From contig JAPDFW010000125.1 of assembly GCA_028826165.1 (NCBI GenBank), positions 868,001 through 932,000 of the forward strand: 64,000 bases of DNA. Direction: 5' to 3'. Position 1 is the first letter of the stretch. Each line of letters begins with the position of its first letter. This document shows positions 28,201 through 42,600 of this stretch, piece by piece. The notes under the pieces are model-generated. The model was not told the DNA's origin. It ran no database searches and saw nothing but the letters and a program-made list of their open reading frames with translations. The position numbers and the translations under genes were made by a program. This stretch comes from Anaeramoeba ignava BMAN (lineage: Eukaryota > Protista > Anaeramoebae).

Positions 28201-28548
28201 TAAATATTAATATAAATATTTAATTAAATATTAAATTAAATATTAAAATAAATATTTAATTAAATTTACCTTCTTCATTTTCTAAATTTAGGATCATATA
28301 ACATAAATCTTCTTCACGAGAATGACCACCATCTGGTATTGATAAACTTGCTAAATTTTTTATATCATAATCTTTAAATGTAAATTCAGGATATCTTTGA
28401 GTTAAATTATTTCCAAGAGAAATATCAAATTCTATTTAAAAAAAAAAATTTATTTTTTATTATTTTTTATTATTTTTTATTATTTTTTAATTTTAAAAAA
28501 CAAACCAGCAATAGAAATTGAATGAACTGGTTTTTTTAAATTTTGCAT
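25232..28548 (-). CDS. Afi1/MesA-like DENN-related protein (uDENN/longin + SPA domain) with C-terminal coiled coil
   Basis: N-terminal SIA|EFDISLGNNLTQRYP...LASLSIPDGGHSREED; central WHAILLESRVIFVA...IPYFSLTDI...FIAGTSN...DLWD. Exons are joined by GT-AG introns, one a ~1.6-kb satellite. Confidence 0.7.
26670..28268. repeat. Intronic (AAATAAATATTA)n satellite
   Basis: Fills an intron of the Afi1-like gene. Confidence 0.9.
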
Positions 28549-28747
28549 TTTATATTCTTTTATTTTGATTAAAATTAAGGAAAAAAAATGAAAAAAAAAA
28601 AAACTGAAAAAAAAAAAAATTTTTTTAATTAATTTTATTTATTTTTTTTTTTGATAAAGTAAACAAAAAAGAGGAAAAAAAGGAAAAAAAGGAAAAAAAA
28701 AAGTGGAAAAAAAGTGGAAAAAAAAAGAAAACAAAAAAATAATAAGA

Positions 28748-31700
28748 TCACAAATTTTTGTGATTTTTTTCATTTGGAAAAGAAAAAGAAACCAATTTTT
28801 TCATTAAATCTTGAGAATTACAAGAAAGAAACCATTGATGATTTTCTTTTTCAATTACAAAAATATTTTCTTTTCCAAATTTTTCTGATTCTTCTTTTGA
28901 AAGTGGAAAAATTTTAGTTTCAAAAAGATTAAATTTTTTTTGACCTGAATCTTGTTGAGAATCTTGATAAAAATATAAACGATTATTTGTAATTGTAACA
29001 AAAACAAATTTCCAAATTTTTTCATCAGGAAAATATAATTCAAAAACACCACCAATATCTATTTTAAATTTTTAATTGAATTTAAATTGAATTTTATTAA
29101 TTAATATTTTTGTTCCACTTTTTTTTGAATTGAATTGAATTGAATTTTAATTTTGAATTGAATTGAATTGAATTTGAATTTTATTTTTAAATTTAATTTA
29201 AATTTTTAATTGAATTTAAATTGAATTGAATTGAATTTGAATTTGAATTGAATTTTAATTGATTTTTGAATTTTGATTTGAATTTTATTTTAATTTTAAT
29301 TTTGAATTGAATTTTAATTTTGATTTTAATTTTAATTTTGAATTTTAATTTTAATTTTAAATTGAATTTTGATTTTTTTGAATTGAATTTTTATTTTGAA
29401 TTTATTTTTTTACCTTCATTTTGTGAAATATTCTTTTCTGTTTTCTCAAAATTCTTAAGCATCGATAATGTCGGTTTTCGACGATAATCATATGTTCTTA
29501 TAGTTTCTCTTCTTTTTTCAGGAACAGAAAATTCAAATATAGGAATTTTTTTTTTCGGATTCAAATCTTGAAAGAAAAAATAAGCATCAATTGAATTTTG
29601 TTCCCAAAAATTAATAACAGACATAATTTTTTCACTTCCATCAAATCTTCTTAAGGAATTCTTAAACTTTTCAAAAAGATAATATTGCGGTTTATTTGGG
29701 TCAAAATTTGAATTTAAAGCCAATTTTTGTTTCAAAGAAAACACACAGTCATTGCAAGTAGTTTCGTTTGTAATTTTGAGAGAAATAAATGAATAGTCTT
29801 CAAGTAAAAATCGAACTACCATACTTGTTTCTGATCTAACAAGAGTTTTGTCAGAAATTCCTGAACGAGATTTATAAACAAGCCTGTAAAAATCACCCTT
29901 GTTTTCACCTGCCCATTTACTTTTAATAAACCAGACTTTAATATTATTATCCAAAATTCTTTCCTCTTTTCCAATTTTTTCCACTAATACAAAATCTGGT
30001 TGTATTTTGAATTCTTCTTCTAATCCATATTTCTTAATTATTCCTTTTACTAAACAACACACATCATATACAGTATGATCTTCTGAAATGGGAACAGTTT
30101 TGAATACTGAATCTGAGAAAAAAATTCGTACTATTTGTTTTAGTGCTTTTTTATATTGAGCTTCGTGTGTCTCCAATTTATTCATTGAAGATATTCTTCT
30201 TGATTGCATAAAAATATGATGTATTTTCTTTTTCCTAATTTCGAAATTGTCTTCTTTTGACAAGTTTAATTGAATTTTTTGAAATGTTTCAAGTTTTTGA
30301 TAATCAATTTTAACTTTTTCCAAAAAATCCTTTAATTTTTTCTTCATTTCTTGAATTGGTTTCATAATTTGGTTTTTTTGATGAATAAGGTTTACTTTCG
30401 CTTCATTCTTAATTGTCATTGTTTCTTGGTCTAAATTTTCTTCATATATTGTAAGTAATTTATTAATTTCTTCTCGAAATGTATCATTTTCTTTTAAGAT
30501 TTCGAGTTTTTCCAATCTTGATCAAAAACAGTTTTATTTTTATGAAAAGTAAAATAAAACTTATTAATTTCATTGTTTGAATTAGTGATTAAATCTGATT
30601 CTTCGTCAATAATATCCACAAGAGTTAGTAAAAGAATATGAGCATCTTGAATTAGATTCAAATCGAAATAGTTGATAATTTGATTCAAAATTGTCTCTAT
30701 TGTGTCTAATTTTATAAAAAACTCTTCGTGATTTTTTGTATATTGTTGATTTGGATCTTCTTTTGAAAATGTATATTTGATGAAATCTTCTTTTTCTAGT
30801 TGAATTAATAGATCCAAAAGTCTCAATTCTCTTAATGTGAGTGTTTGTACTAAATTTTGTCTGTTTCTTGCTACTTGGAATATGTCATAATGTTGATTGA
30901 ATAGAAAAAATAAAAATGTTTGTAATTGAAGATCAGTTGCTTTTTCTTGTGGTTTATTTACTGAGATATCTATTTTATTTTGTTTTTGTTTTTCAATTTG
31001 ATTTTCAATTTTATTTTGATTTTCATTTTGATTTTCAATTTTATTTTGATTTTCATTTTGATTTTCATTTTCATTTTCATTTTGATTTTCATTTTGATTT
31101 TCATTTTCATTTTCATTTTGATTTTGATTGTTATTTTCATTTTGATTTTGAATTTGATTTTCATTTTCAATTTTATTGTTATTTTCATTTTCATTTTCAA
31201 TTTGATTTTTATTTTCATTGTTATTTTTATTTTGATTTTCATTTTCATTTTCATTGTTATTTTTATTTTCATTTTGATTTTGATTTTGATTTTGATTTTG
31301 ATTTTCATTTTCATTTTGATTTTCATTTTCATTTTGATTTTGATTTTGATTTTGATTTTCATTTTCATTTTCATTTTGATTTTCAATTTGATTTTCATTT
31401 TCATTTTCATTTTGATTTTCAATTTGATTTTTATTTTCAATTTCATTTTCAATTTGATTGTTATTTTCATTTTCATTTTCAATTAGATTGTTATTTTCAA
31501 TTTGATTTTGATTTTGATTTTCATTTTGATTTTGATTTTCAATTTTATTTTCATTTTCAATTTGATTTTCATTTTCATTTTCATTTTGATTTTGATTTTG
31601 ATTTTCATTATCATTTTCATTTTCATTTTCATTTTCATTTTCATTTTCATTTTCATTTTCATTTTGATTTTCAATTTGATTTTGATTTTCATTTTGATTT

Positions 31701-33060
31701 TGATTTTGATTTTCAATTTTGATTTTGATTTTGATTTTCATTTTGATTTTGATTTTGATTTTGATTTTCATTTTGATTTTCATTTTCATTTAGATTTTTA
31801 TTTTCATTTTGATTTTGATTTTGATTTTGATTTTGATTTTTATTTTGATTTTCAATTTGATTTTCAATTTGATTTTGATTTTGATTTAGATTTTCAATTT
31901 GATTTTCATTTTGATTTTGATTTTCAATTTGATTTTCATTTTCAATTTGTTTTTCAATTTGTTTTTCAATTTGATTTTCAATTTGATTTTCAATTTGATT
32001 TTCAATTTGATTTAGATTTTCAATTTGAATTTGATTTTGATTTTCATTTTGATTTTCAATTTGATTTTCAATTTGATTTTGATTTTCAATTTGATTTTGA
32101 TTTTGATTTTTGATTTTTTGATTTTAGATTTTGATTTTTTTCATTTTGATTTTCATTTTGATTTTGATTTTTGATTTTTTTTGATTTTGATTTTGATTTT
32201 TCATTTTGATTTTCATTTTGATTTTTTTCAATTTGATTTTCAATTTTTGATTTTCATTTTGATTTTCAATTTGATTTTCAATTTGATTTTTCAATTTGAT
32301 TTTTTTCAATTTGATTTTCAATTTGATTTTTTTGATTTTCAATTTTTTTCATTTTCATTTTCATTTTGATTTTTGATTTTGATTTTCAATTTGATTTTCA
32401 ATTTGATTTTCATTTTGATTTTGATTTTGATTTTGATTTTGATTTTCAATTTGATTTTCAATTTCATTTTCAATTTGATTTTCAATTTGATTTTCAATTT
32501 GATTTTCAATTTGATTTTCAATTTGATTTTCAATTTGATTTTCATTTTGATTTTGATTTTCAATTTGATTTTCAATTTGATTTTCAATTTTATTTTCATT
32601 TTGATTTTCAATTTTATTCTTGATTTAGATTTTCATTTTGATTTTGATTTTCAATTTGATTTTCATTTTCATTTTGATTTTCATTTTCAATTTGATTTTC
32701 ATTTAGATTTTCATTTTGATTTTCAATTTGATTTTCAATTTGATTTTCAATTTGATTTTCAATTTGATTTTCATTTAGATTTTCAATTTGATTTTGATTT
32801 TCATTTTCATTATCACTTTCAACTTCATCAATATCATCTAAAAATTGAAAAGTATTCTTGATTAAATTTTTCTTTTGATTTTTATTTAGATTTTTCTTTT
32901 GATTTTTATTTAGATTTTTCTTTTGATTATTTGTTTTTGAAGAAAGTAAATTTTGATCACTCTTTGTAAAAGATTTTAAGTTATTTTCATTTAAATTTGA
33001 TTTTGTTAAATTTATTTGTAAGTCATCATAATTTTTTGAGTTCTGATTTAATTCATCTTT
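28748..33060 (-). CDS. Protein with very long Asn/Gln/Glu low-complexity region, tandem Ras-association-like domains and C-terminal PH domain (start uncertain, several frameshifts)
   Basis: Two RA-like segments ([26 protein letters not shown]...[12 protein letters not shown]; [25 protein letters not shown]). Donor at ~29413 joins an exon from ~29058 reading [34 protein letters not shown]...NIFVIE...WFLSC (PH-like). Confidence 0.6.
30970..32820 (-). repeat. Coding hexamer/dodecamer microsatellite (GAAAAT/CAAAAT) encoding NE/NQ/QIEN repeats
   Basis: Entered in frame from [15 protein letters not shown] and exited into [16 protein letters not shown]. Internal indels near 31717 and 32100-32370. 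Confidence 0.7.
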
Positions 33061-34299
33061 AGGTTTTTTTTGAGATTTGAATTTAAGATTTGAGAGATTT
33101 TGATTTTAAATGAGATTTTAAATTTTTCTTATTTTGTTTAATTTTTCAAAAATATCAATGAATGATCCATCAAAAATGATAGAAAAATGAAAAATAAAAA
33201 TTAAAAATTAAAAATTTTTGTTTTTGTTTTTCATTTTTTCTTGTTTTTGATTTTTATTATTTTTTTTATTTTTAATTGATTTGAATTTTTTTGAAATTGA
33301 ATCATTAATTGAATTTTCATCCATCTTTGATAATCAATTAAAAATTTTAAGTTATTTTCATTTAATTTTTGAGTTTTTACAAAACAATCAAAAATATAAA
33401 TGCAAATTTCCATTTGTTTCTGAATTAATTAAATTTTTGAGTTCTGATTTAATTCAAATCAAAAACAATTTAGAGAGGTTTTAATTGAGATCTCAAAAAA
33501 TAAAAAATCTAAATGAGATTTTGTTTTTAAAAAATGACAAAAATTTTTCTTAAATTTTTCTTTTTTTCTTTTAATTTTTCCTTTCTTTTTTATTTTATTG
33601 TAAAAAAATATAAATGATGAATGATCCATATTATTTTGTTAAAATCTGGAAAATTTTAGAAAAATTAAAAATAAAAATTAAAAATTAAAAATTTTAACAA
33701 ATTTTTGTTTTTCATTTTTAATTGTTTTTCTTTAATTTTATTTTAATTTTTAATTATTTAATTTTATTTTTAATAATTGATTATTTTAATAATAATTTTC
33801 GATGACAAACAACAATTTTTTAATAAAATTGAATAATTAATTTAATCGTAATTTTAATCCATCATTAATAATAATCATTTTAATAATAATTTTAATAATA
33901 AAAAATAATTTTAATAATAATTTTAATAATAATTTTTATAAATAATTCCATAAAACTTGAAATTTTTTTTAGAGTTTTTAAAAACAATCAAAAAAATTAA
34001 ATAATAATTTTCCATTTTTTTTAATAATTTTAATAATAATTTTAATAATAAAATCGATTTTTTGATTTGATTTTAATAAAATTTAAAAATAAATTTATAA
34101 AGAATTTTTTTAATTTCTTAATAATTTAATAAAATTTTAATAATAATAAATTTAATAATTTTAATAATAAATTTTATTTTTGTTTTTAAAAATTTTTTTT
34201 GACAAAATTTTTCTTTCTTTTTAATAAATTTAATTTCTTTTTCTTTTTATTCTTTTTCTTTTTTTAATTTTTTTTTTCTTTTATTTTATTTAATAAAAA

Positions 34300-35750
34300 T
34301 TAATTTTTAAATAATAATTTTAATAATAATTTTAATAATAATTTTAATAAAAATTTATAATAATTTTGTTAAAATTTCGTTAATAATAATTTTAATAATA
34401 ATTTTATTTAAAAATAATTTAACAAATTTTTTTAAAATTTTAATAATAAATTTTATAATAATTTTATAATAATTTTTATAATAATTTTAATAATAATTTT
34501 AATAATAATTTTAATAATAATAATTTAATAATAATTTTAATAATAATTTTAATAATAATTTTAATAATAAATTTTAATAATAATTTTAATAATAAATTTA
34601 ATAATAATTTTAATAATAATTTTAAATAAATTTTAATAATAAATTTTAATAATAAATTTAATAATAAATTTTAATAATAAATTTAATAATAATAATTTAA
34701 TAATAATTTTATTAATAATTTAATAATAATAATAATTTTAATTAATTTTAATAAAATAATAATTTTTAATAATTTTTTAATTTAATAAAATTTTTAATAA
34801 TAATTTTTAATAATTTAATTTTAATTAATTTTTTTAATAATAATTTAATAATAATTTTAATAATAATTTTAATAATAAATTTAATAAATTTAATAATAAA
34901 TTTTAATAATTTTTTAATAATAATTTTAATAATAATTTTAATAATAAATTTAATAATAAATTTTAATAATAATTTTAATAATAATAAATTTTAATAATAA
35001 TTTTAATAATAAATTTTAATAATAAATTTAATAATAAATTTAATAATAAATTTTAATAATAATTTTAATAATAAATTTTAATAATAAATTTAATAATAAA
35101 TTTAATAATAATTTTAATAATAATTTTAATAATAATTTTAATAATAATTTTAATAATAAATTTTAATAAATTTTAATAATAATTTTAATAATAATTTAAT
35201 AATAAATTTAATAATAAATTTAATAATAAATAATAAATTTAATAATAAATTTAATAATAAATTTAATAATAAATTTAATAATAATTTAATAATAATAATT
35301 TTAATAATAATTTTAATAATAAATTTAATAAATAATTAATAATAAATTTTAATAATAATTTTAATAATAATTTTAATAATAAATTTAATAATAAATTTAA
35401 TAATAAATTTAATAATAAATTTAATAATAAATTTAATAATAATTTTAATAATAATTTAATAATAAATTTAATAATAATTTTAATAATAATTTTAATAATA
35501 ATTTTAATAATAATTTTAATAATAATTTTAATAATAATTTTAATAATAATTTTAATAATAATTTTAATTAATTTTAATAATAAATTTATTAAATAATTTA
35601 TTAAATAATTTTATAAATAATTTTATAAATAATTTTATAATAATTTTATAAATAATTTTAACAATAAATTTAATAATAAATTTAATAATAATTTTAATAA
35701 TAATTTAATAATAATTTTAATAATAAATTTAATAAATAATTTAATAATAA
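34300..35750. repeat. (TAATAATTT)n-type satellite, almost pure A/T
   Basis: Visible ~11-12 nt tandem units; ends at an AG acceptor (35751-35752) of the exportin-T exon. Confidence 0.9.
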
Positions 35751-35752
35751 AG

Positions 35753-38700
35753 TTTTAAGAAATAAAGTTGCTTATTTATTTATTGCACAAGTAAAACATG
35801 AATATCTTACTGATTGGCAATCTTGTTGGGAAGAATTATTAAATATAATACAAGAATCACAAGAAAATAACAAAATACTAATAAATATAGATTTTCTAAC
35901 AAGAATAATTGAAAGTTTTGATGAACAAATGATTTCAGAAGCAAAAAAAACAAGAAATCAACAAACAAATAAAGATAAAGATCAAATCATTCCAAAAATG
36001 ATTTCAGAAAATATTGACAAAAAATTAATATATTTATTATATTCAACAATTACAACATTTAACGAAACACAATCACCAACAATTAAACGATGTATTCAAG
36101 CAATCTCATTATTAATTAAATGGGTGGATATTTCTTTGATTTTAAATGAGGAGATTCTTGATTTACTTTTCAATTTTATTTCGTTGGAAAATTATCAAGA
36201 AGATGTTTGTGATTGTTTTTTTGAAATGTTAAATAGATCAATGAATTCAACAGAAAAAATAAATTTAATTCGCAATTTGAATTTGCAAGAAAAATTGGCA
36301 GGAATTAATAACGAAAATAATCAATTCAATTTAAATTTCAAATGTGCACTTTCTCACGTTGTAAATGAAATGGGAATCCAATTGTTTTTTTCAATGGAAA
36401 ATTTATCAAACGTTCATACAAAAGGAAGAAAAGTTGATTTTGTTCAATTTGTTAATATTTGGCAGGAAATTTCCATTTTTTTCCCTTTGTTGTTTGAATA
36501 CTCATCCAATAGCCATTTCATGGTTGCAAATGAAATGATCCCATTTCTTGAGGAATTTGTGTGGTGTTTTGATTATATTGACACAAAAATAAAAGATTAT
36601 GAAAAAAGCAAAGATAGTTGTGAATACCAAGATGAATATCAAGATGAATACCAAGATGAATATGATTATGATGTGGATTATAATGAAGATGATGATTATA
36701 ATTACAGTTTTAATTACAACGATTTTCGTTTTAATTCTGATTATGGAAATCAAAATTCAAATCAAAATTCAAATCAAAATTTAAACGAAAATTCAAACCA
36801 AGAAATTGACGTTTCTCAATTAAATCAATTCATCCAAAACCAAATGAATTACATTTCCCAAATATTAGGGATTATCATTTTCAATTCAAGATATCCAGAA
36901 GACTTTGATTTTGGAGACAATCCGCCTGAGTCAAGTGAAAAATTCAAAATATATCGGGCAAATTTATTAAGAATATTTCGATCGATACATTACTCATGGA
37001 GCGATCTTGTGCAAGAGTTCACACAAGAATCAATCACACAAGTTGTAGATGCACTAAATAGAGGAGAAAATGTGAGTTTTTCAGACGTAGAAATTGCGCT
37101 AGAATTGGTGTATATCCTAGGAGAACGCGCATATCTAGAAGATTTCCAGAAGGTCGATGATAGGCCTTTCCTAAACAAAGTCATTACGCTTCTTCTCGAA
37201 AGCAACATTTCTGAATTTCCTCATAATATTGTTGTTTCCCGATATTTCTGGGTTCTTATCAAATATTCTCCATTTTTGGGATCCAACCCCAAATACATAC
37301 CAAAGGTTCTTCAGGCTTTTCTCGACGATCGCGGTATTCGCAACGAGGATCTTCATCAACGCAAGGTATGCTCCTCGCTTTTCTTCCGCATGGTGAAGGA
37401 TCTTGGGTCGCAATTAGAACCGTTTGTCGAAAAAATTATAGAAAATATTGTGCCCTTAATACAAATACAGTCTCCGCAACTCCAGCAAATTTCACAAGTC
37501 TCCCAATCACCACAAACATCGCCTCAAAGCAAAATACACAACCTGAAAAAACAAGCATATGATATAGCTCAGTCGAATGCGTATTATTTGCCGATAACTG
37601 AATTGGGATTTTTATACGAATCTGTTGGAATCTTACTGAAAGTTCTTTACGGAAATGATGCACAACCTCAAATAGCAGTCGAGGATCAAAACCAATCACA
37701 GAAATTGCAACAGAGAGAAAAAGTACTTGCACTTCTGCAAATGGCTATTTCTCCTGTGTTTAAAATGCTGAGCGAATTTGTCGAAAATCTCGACCAAAAT
37801 GAACTATCTCCTCATCCTTTTTATCTTTCCTTTATTACACAATCTCTCTCCGTTCTTAACTCATTATTCAAAGGATTATCAACCTTCAGAACACTTCTTC
37901 CTCTCGATATTTTCCACAACATCTTTGCCGATATTTCTCAGCTTTTCTTGCAAATTGTCAACAAAATCCCAAGTAGTTCAGAAATTCGCGGACTTGTTGT
38001 TGATTACTGCAACAGATTGGAAAGTGTTTTTGGGGAATCTGCCTTTAATTTCTCATCCGAAATCATTCTCGCTGTTTTTCATGCCATGAAATACTTGCCT
38101 GATTGCATTGAGATTTTGGATCTTTTTGGCGGACTTCTTTCTAGATTTGGCTGCAAAATTTACTCTTTTTTAAATTCTTTATTTGGGGAAATTTTATCCA
38201 AAATTTTCGAGATTTTTGAACAAGCAAAAGAAGAAAGAGAACGAGAATATCAAATACAACAGAAACAACTCGAACTTCTTGGAGAAGATACTCGCGCAAC
38301 ACGTAATTTGGAATTGACAAGAAGCGAAATTTTGAGAGAATTTCGAGATCTTCGAGAATCTTACTTTCGATTTTTAGTTCAAATTATTAACACTTGCGAC
38401 CAACTCTTGATAAGTGAGCAAAATAAGCAAAACCTCTCAATTGTTTTAGACTCTGTTGTAGACGGATTTGCTCAAGCTGATGACGACTACCCTATTCTTA
38501 AACTTTGCTTGGAGTTTGTTCTTCTCGCTGTTGATAAATGGTCCTCCATTTACTCAGAATTCGAACCCTTTGTGGTTCAAAATATCGTTCCTTTGCTCTT
38601 TGAAATACCCATCAAAGAAGCATTCGATCTTCAGGATGCTCAAGCAAACACCGTTCTTTTTCTGATTTCACGCTTGATTGCTTTTCTGTTTCAATTGCCC

Positions 38701-38913
38701 AGCAAAAGATTGCAAAATTTTCTTATTCAGGATTTTTTCCCTAATTTCTTTCAAAATGATCCAAATTTTTCCCAAATTTCTAATCAATTTTTTGTTTTGG
38801 TTTCTGATATTATTGATGAAAAAGATGATCAAAAACGTCGAGCATGTGAAAGGAAATTCAAATCTTTTCTTCGAGATTTATTTAAAGATTTAAGATTGAA
38901 GTTTAATAATTAA
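35753..38913 (+). CDS. XPOT: Exportin-T (tRNA exportin, Los1/XPOT); 5' exons not found
   Basis: RNKVAYLF...EYLTDWQSCWEEL, WVDISLILN, FLDDRGIRN...CSSLFFRMVKDL and FDLQDAQANTVL resemble conserved XPOT segments. The frame is open upstream of the ORF-track start back to an AG at 35751-35752. Confidence 0.8.
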
Positions 38914-39064
38914 AAATACAAAATACAAAATACAAAATAAAATACAAAATAAAATTTATTTCCGAAATTTTTATTTTTATTTTTTTAGCTTTTAACAAGA
39001 AATGTATGAAAAAATTTGGAAAAAATTTAAATCAACATGAAATTTCTTTTTCTTTTTATTTAAA

Positions 39065-39469
39065 TTAATAAAATTCAGGAATCGAATCATAAGAATAACC
39101 TGGATAACCTTTATAAGAATAATAAGCTATCATTGATTCATAAAATCCAGGTAAAAACATAAGAGAACCAAGTATAATTAAAGGAATTCCTCGATCTTGA
39201 AATTCTTCTGAAAATTTTTCTAAATGAAATAAAACTCCAAAAACAATTAAAATAGATCCTCCAACTAATAAAAAAATTGCAAGATAAATTGCTTTTTTAA
39301 CTTAGAAAATAAAGAAAAGAAAAGAAATTTTTTTAATTTTTTATTTTGTTTTTTATTTTGTTTTTTATATAAAACCTTGTGGAGGAATTTTTTGTTTAAA
39401 AGTTTTAGTTTTGTTTTTTTCATTTGATTTATGTTTTGGAAGTCTTTGATAAGGATTTTGAGATTTCAT
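39065..39469 (-). CDS. TMEM230/TMEM134-like (DUF872) two-TM protein, 2 exons
   Basis: MKSQNPYQRL...KIPPQ|VKKAIYLAIFLLVGGSILIVFG...RGIPLIILGSLMFLPGFYESMIAYYSYKGYPGYSYDSIPEFY*. Confidence 0.85.
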
Positions 39470-39624
39470 ATTTTTTTTAAAAAAAATGAAAAAAAAAAAA
39501 TGAAAAAAAAATGAAACAAAATTTTTATTTTTCATTTTTTTTTTGGATCTTAATTTTTTTTCCAATTTTTTCCTTTTTTTTGTTTAAATCATTTAATTTT
39601 TAATCAATTTATTTTTCAAAAATA

Positions 39625-42600
39625 ATGGATAGCCTTTCATCACAAGAAGAATTAAAAGAAAGTGATATAGAAAAACCAAAAAAAGAAACTGAAAATTTAA
39701 ACGAAAATGAAATTGAAAATGAAATTGAAAAAGAAAATTCACAAGAAAAACCAGAAAAAGAAACTGAAGAACAAAAAAAGAAAAAATATTGGGATCGAAG
39801 TAAAATTCGAAGAATGAGACAATTAATGAAAGAAAAACGATTTGAAGTAATGATTCAAGCGTTTACATCTTCATTGAAAAGAATATTAATTCCAGTTTCA
39901 ATAACGATGATATTAACTGTTATTTTGATTAAAACTTTATATTCAGATCAAACAATGAATAATCAATTTCAAGATGTTTCAGTGTATAATGAAAACTCTT
40001 CTGATTCTGGTGGTAAAAAGTTCGCTGGTTCTCTTTTAAATGCTTTGATAATTGTTGGTGCTATTGTTGTTATGACTTTTCTTATTGTCCTTTGTTTCAA
40101 ATTTGGTTGCATGAATTTGGTGTTTGCTTATATAATCTTTTCCACTTTTATCATGTTAGGGATTATTGGTGCTGTGACTTTTATGTAATTATAATAAAAA
40201 AAAATTTTTTTTCATTTCAACAAAAAATTTCAACAAAAAATCAAATTAAATTTTATTTAATTAAATTTCATGTTAAAATATTATTTAATTAAATTTCATT
40301 CCAAAATATTATTTAATTAAATTTCATTCCAAAATATTATTTAATTAAATTTTATTTAATCAAATATTATTCCAAATTTTATTTAATTAAATTTAATTCC
40401 AAAATATTATTTAATTAAATTTCATGTTAAAATATTATTTAATTAAATATTATTTAATCAAATTTCATGTTAAAATATTATTTAATCAAATATTATTTAA
40501 TTAAATTTATTATTTAAAATATTATTTAATTAAATTTCATTCCAAAATATTATTTAATCAAATTTCATTCCAAAATTTTATTTAATTAAAATATTACTTA
40601 ATCAAATTTCATTCCAAAATTTCATTTAAAATATTATTTAATTAAATTTCATTCCAAAATATTATTTAATTAAATATTATTTAATCAAATTTCATTCCAA
40701 AATATTATTTAATCAAATTTCATTCCAAAATATTATTTAATAAAATATTACTTAATCAAATTTCATTCCAAAATATTATTTAATTAAATATTATTTAATT
40801 AAATTTCATTCCAAAATATTATTTAATTAAATATTATTTAATCAAATTTCATTCCAAAAATATTATTTAATTAAATATTACTTAATCAAATTTCATTCCA
40901 AAATATTATTTAATAAAATATTATTTAATAAAATTTCATGTTAAAATATTATTTAATCAAATATTATTTAATTAAAATTCATGTTAAAATATTATTTAAT
41001 AAAATTTCTGTTAAAATATTATTTAATTAAATTTCATTCCAAAAATATTATTTAATCAAATATTATTTAATTAAATTTCATTTAAAATATTATTTAATTA
41101 AAATTTCATGTTTAAAATATTATTTAAAAATATTATTTAATTAAATTTCATTCCAAAATATTATTTAATCAAATAATTATTTAATAAAAATATTATTTAA
41201 TCAAATTTCATTCCAAAATATTATTTAATAAAATATTATTTAATTAAATTTCATTCCAAAATATTATTTAATCAAATTTCATTCCAAAATATTATTTAAT
41301 CAAATATTATTTAATCAAATTTCATTCCAAAATTTTATTTAATAAAATATTATTTAATAAAATTTCATTTTAAAATATTATTTAATCAAATATTATTTAA
41401 TTAAAATTTCATGTTAAAATATTATTTAATAAAATTTCATTCCAAAATATTATTTAATCAAATTTCATGTTAAAATATTATTTAATTAAATTTCATTCCA
41501 AAATATTATTTAATCAAATTTCATTCCAAAATATTATTTAATCAAAATATTATTTAATTCAATTTCATGTTAAAAATCGTTTTCTCTTTTATTAGTGAAC
41601 TTCTTGTTGCTGAAAATCTTGGTATGGATTGGCTTTCTTTTGTTATTTTTATGTTGAATTTTGCAGTTGTTGGTGTTACAGTTATTTTTTGGAAAGGACC
41701 TGAAATTTTCAATAAAATGTATTTAATTGCTGTCAGTGTACTTGTTGCAAAGGTTTTTGCTTCACTTCCTGAATGGACTGCTTGGATTCTTCTTGGTGCA
41801 ATTGCTATTTGGGGTTTGAATTTAATTTCCAAAAAACAAATTCTATTTTTAATAATTTTAATTTTAATTTTAATTTTAATTTTAATATTAAATTTTTCAG
41901 ATATTTTTGCTGTTTTATCTGCTCGTGGTCCTTTAAAAGTTTTAATTGAAACTGCTCAACAAGAAGATAAACCTATTGCTGGACTTCTTTATAATTGTAA
42001 TTTATTTTTTTCAATATTTAATATTCAATATTTAATTCAATTCAATATTCAATTCAATTCAATATTTAATTCAATTCAATATTTAATTCAATTCAATTCA
42101 ATTCAATTCAATATTCAATTCAATTCAATTCAATTTAATATTTAATTCAATTTAATATTTAATATTTAATTCAATTCAATATTTAATTCAATTCAATTCA
42201 ATATTTAATATTCAATATTCAATTCAATTTAATATTCAATATTCAATATTCAATTCAATATTTAATATTCAATTCAATATTCAATTCAATTCAATTTCAA
42301 TTCAATTCAATATTTAATTCAATTATTTTATATTTATTCAATTCAATTCCAATATTTAATATTCAATATTCAATATTCAATTTAATATTCAATTCAATTC
42401 AATTTAATATTTAATTCAATTCAATTTAATATTTTAATTCAATTCAATATTTAATATTTATTCCAATTCAATTCAATTATTCAATATTCAATTCAATTCA
42501 ATATTCAATTCAATTCAATATTCAATTCCAATTCAATATTCAATTCAATTCAATATTTAATATTCAATTTCAATATTCAATATTCAATTTAATATTCATT

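Noticed and set aside
41800-41910. Presenilin TM6 WD instead of YD
   Set aside because: WD is a common variant in presenilins, and both catalytic Asp residues and the PAL motif are intact.
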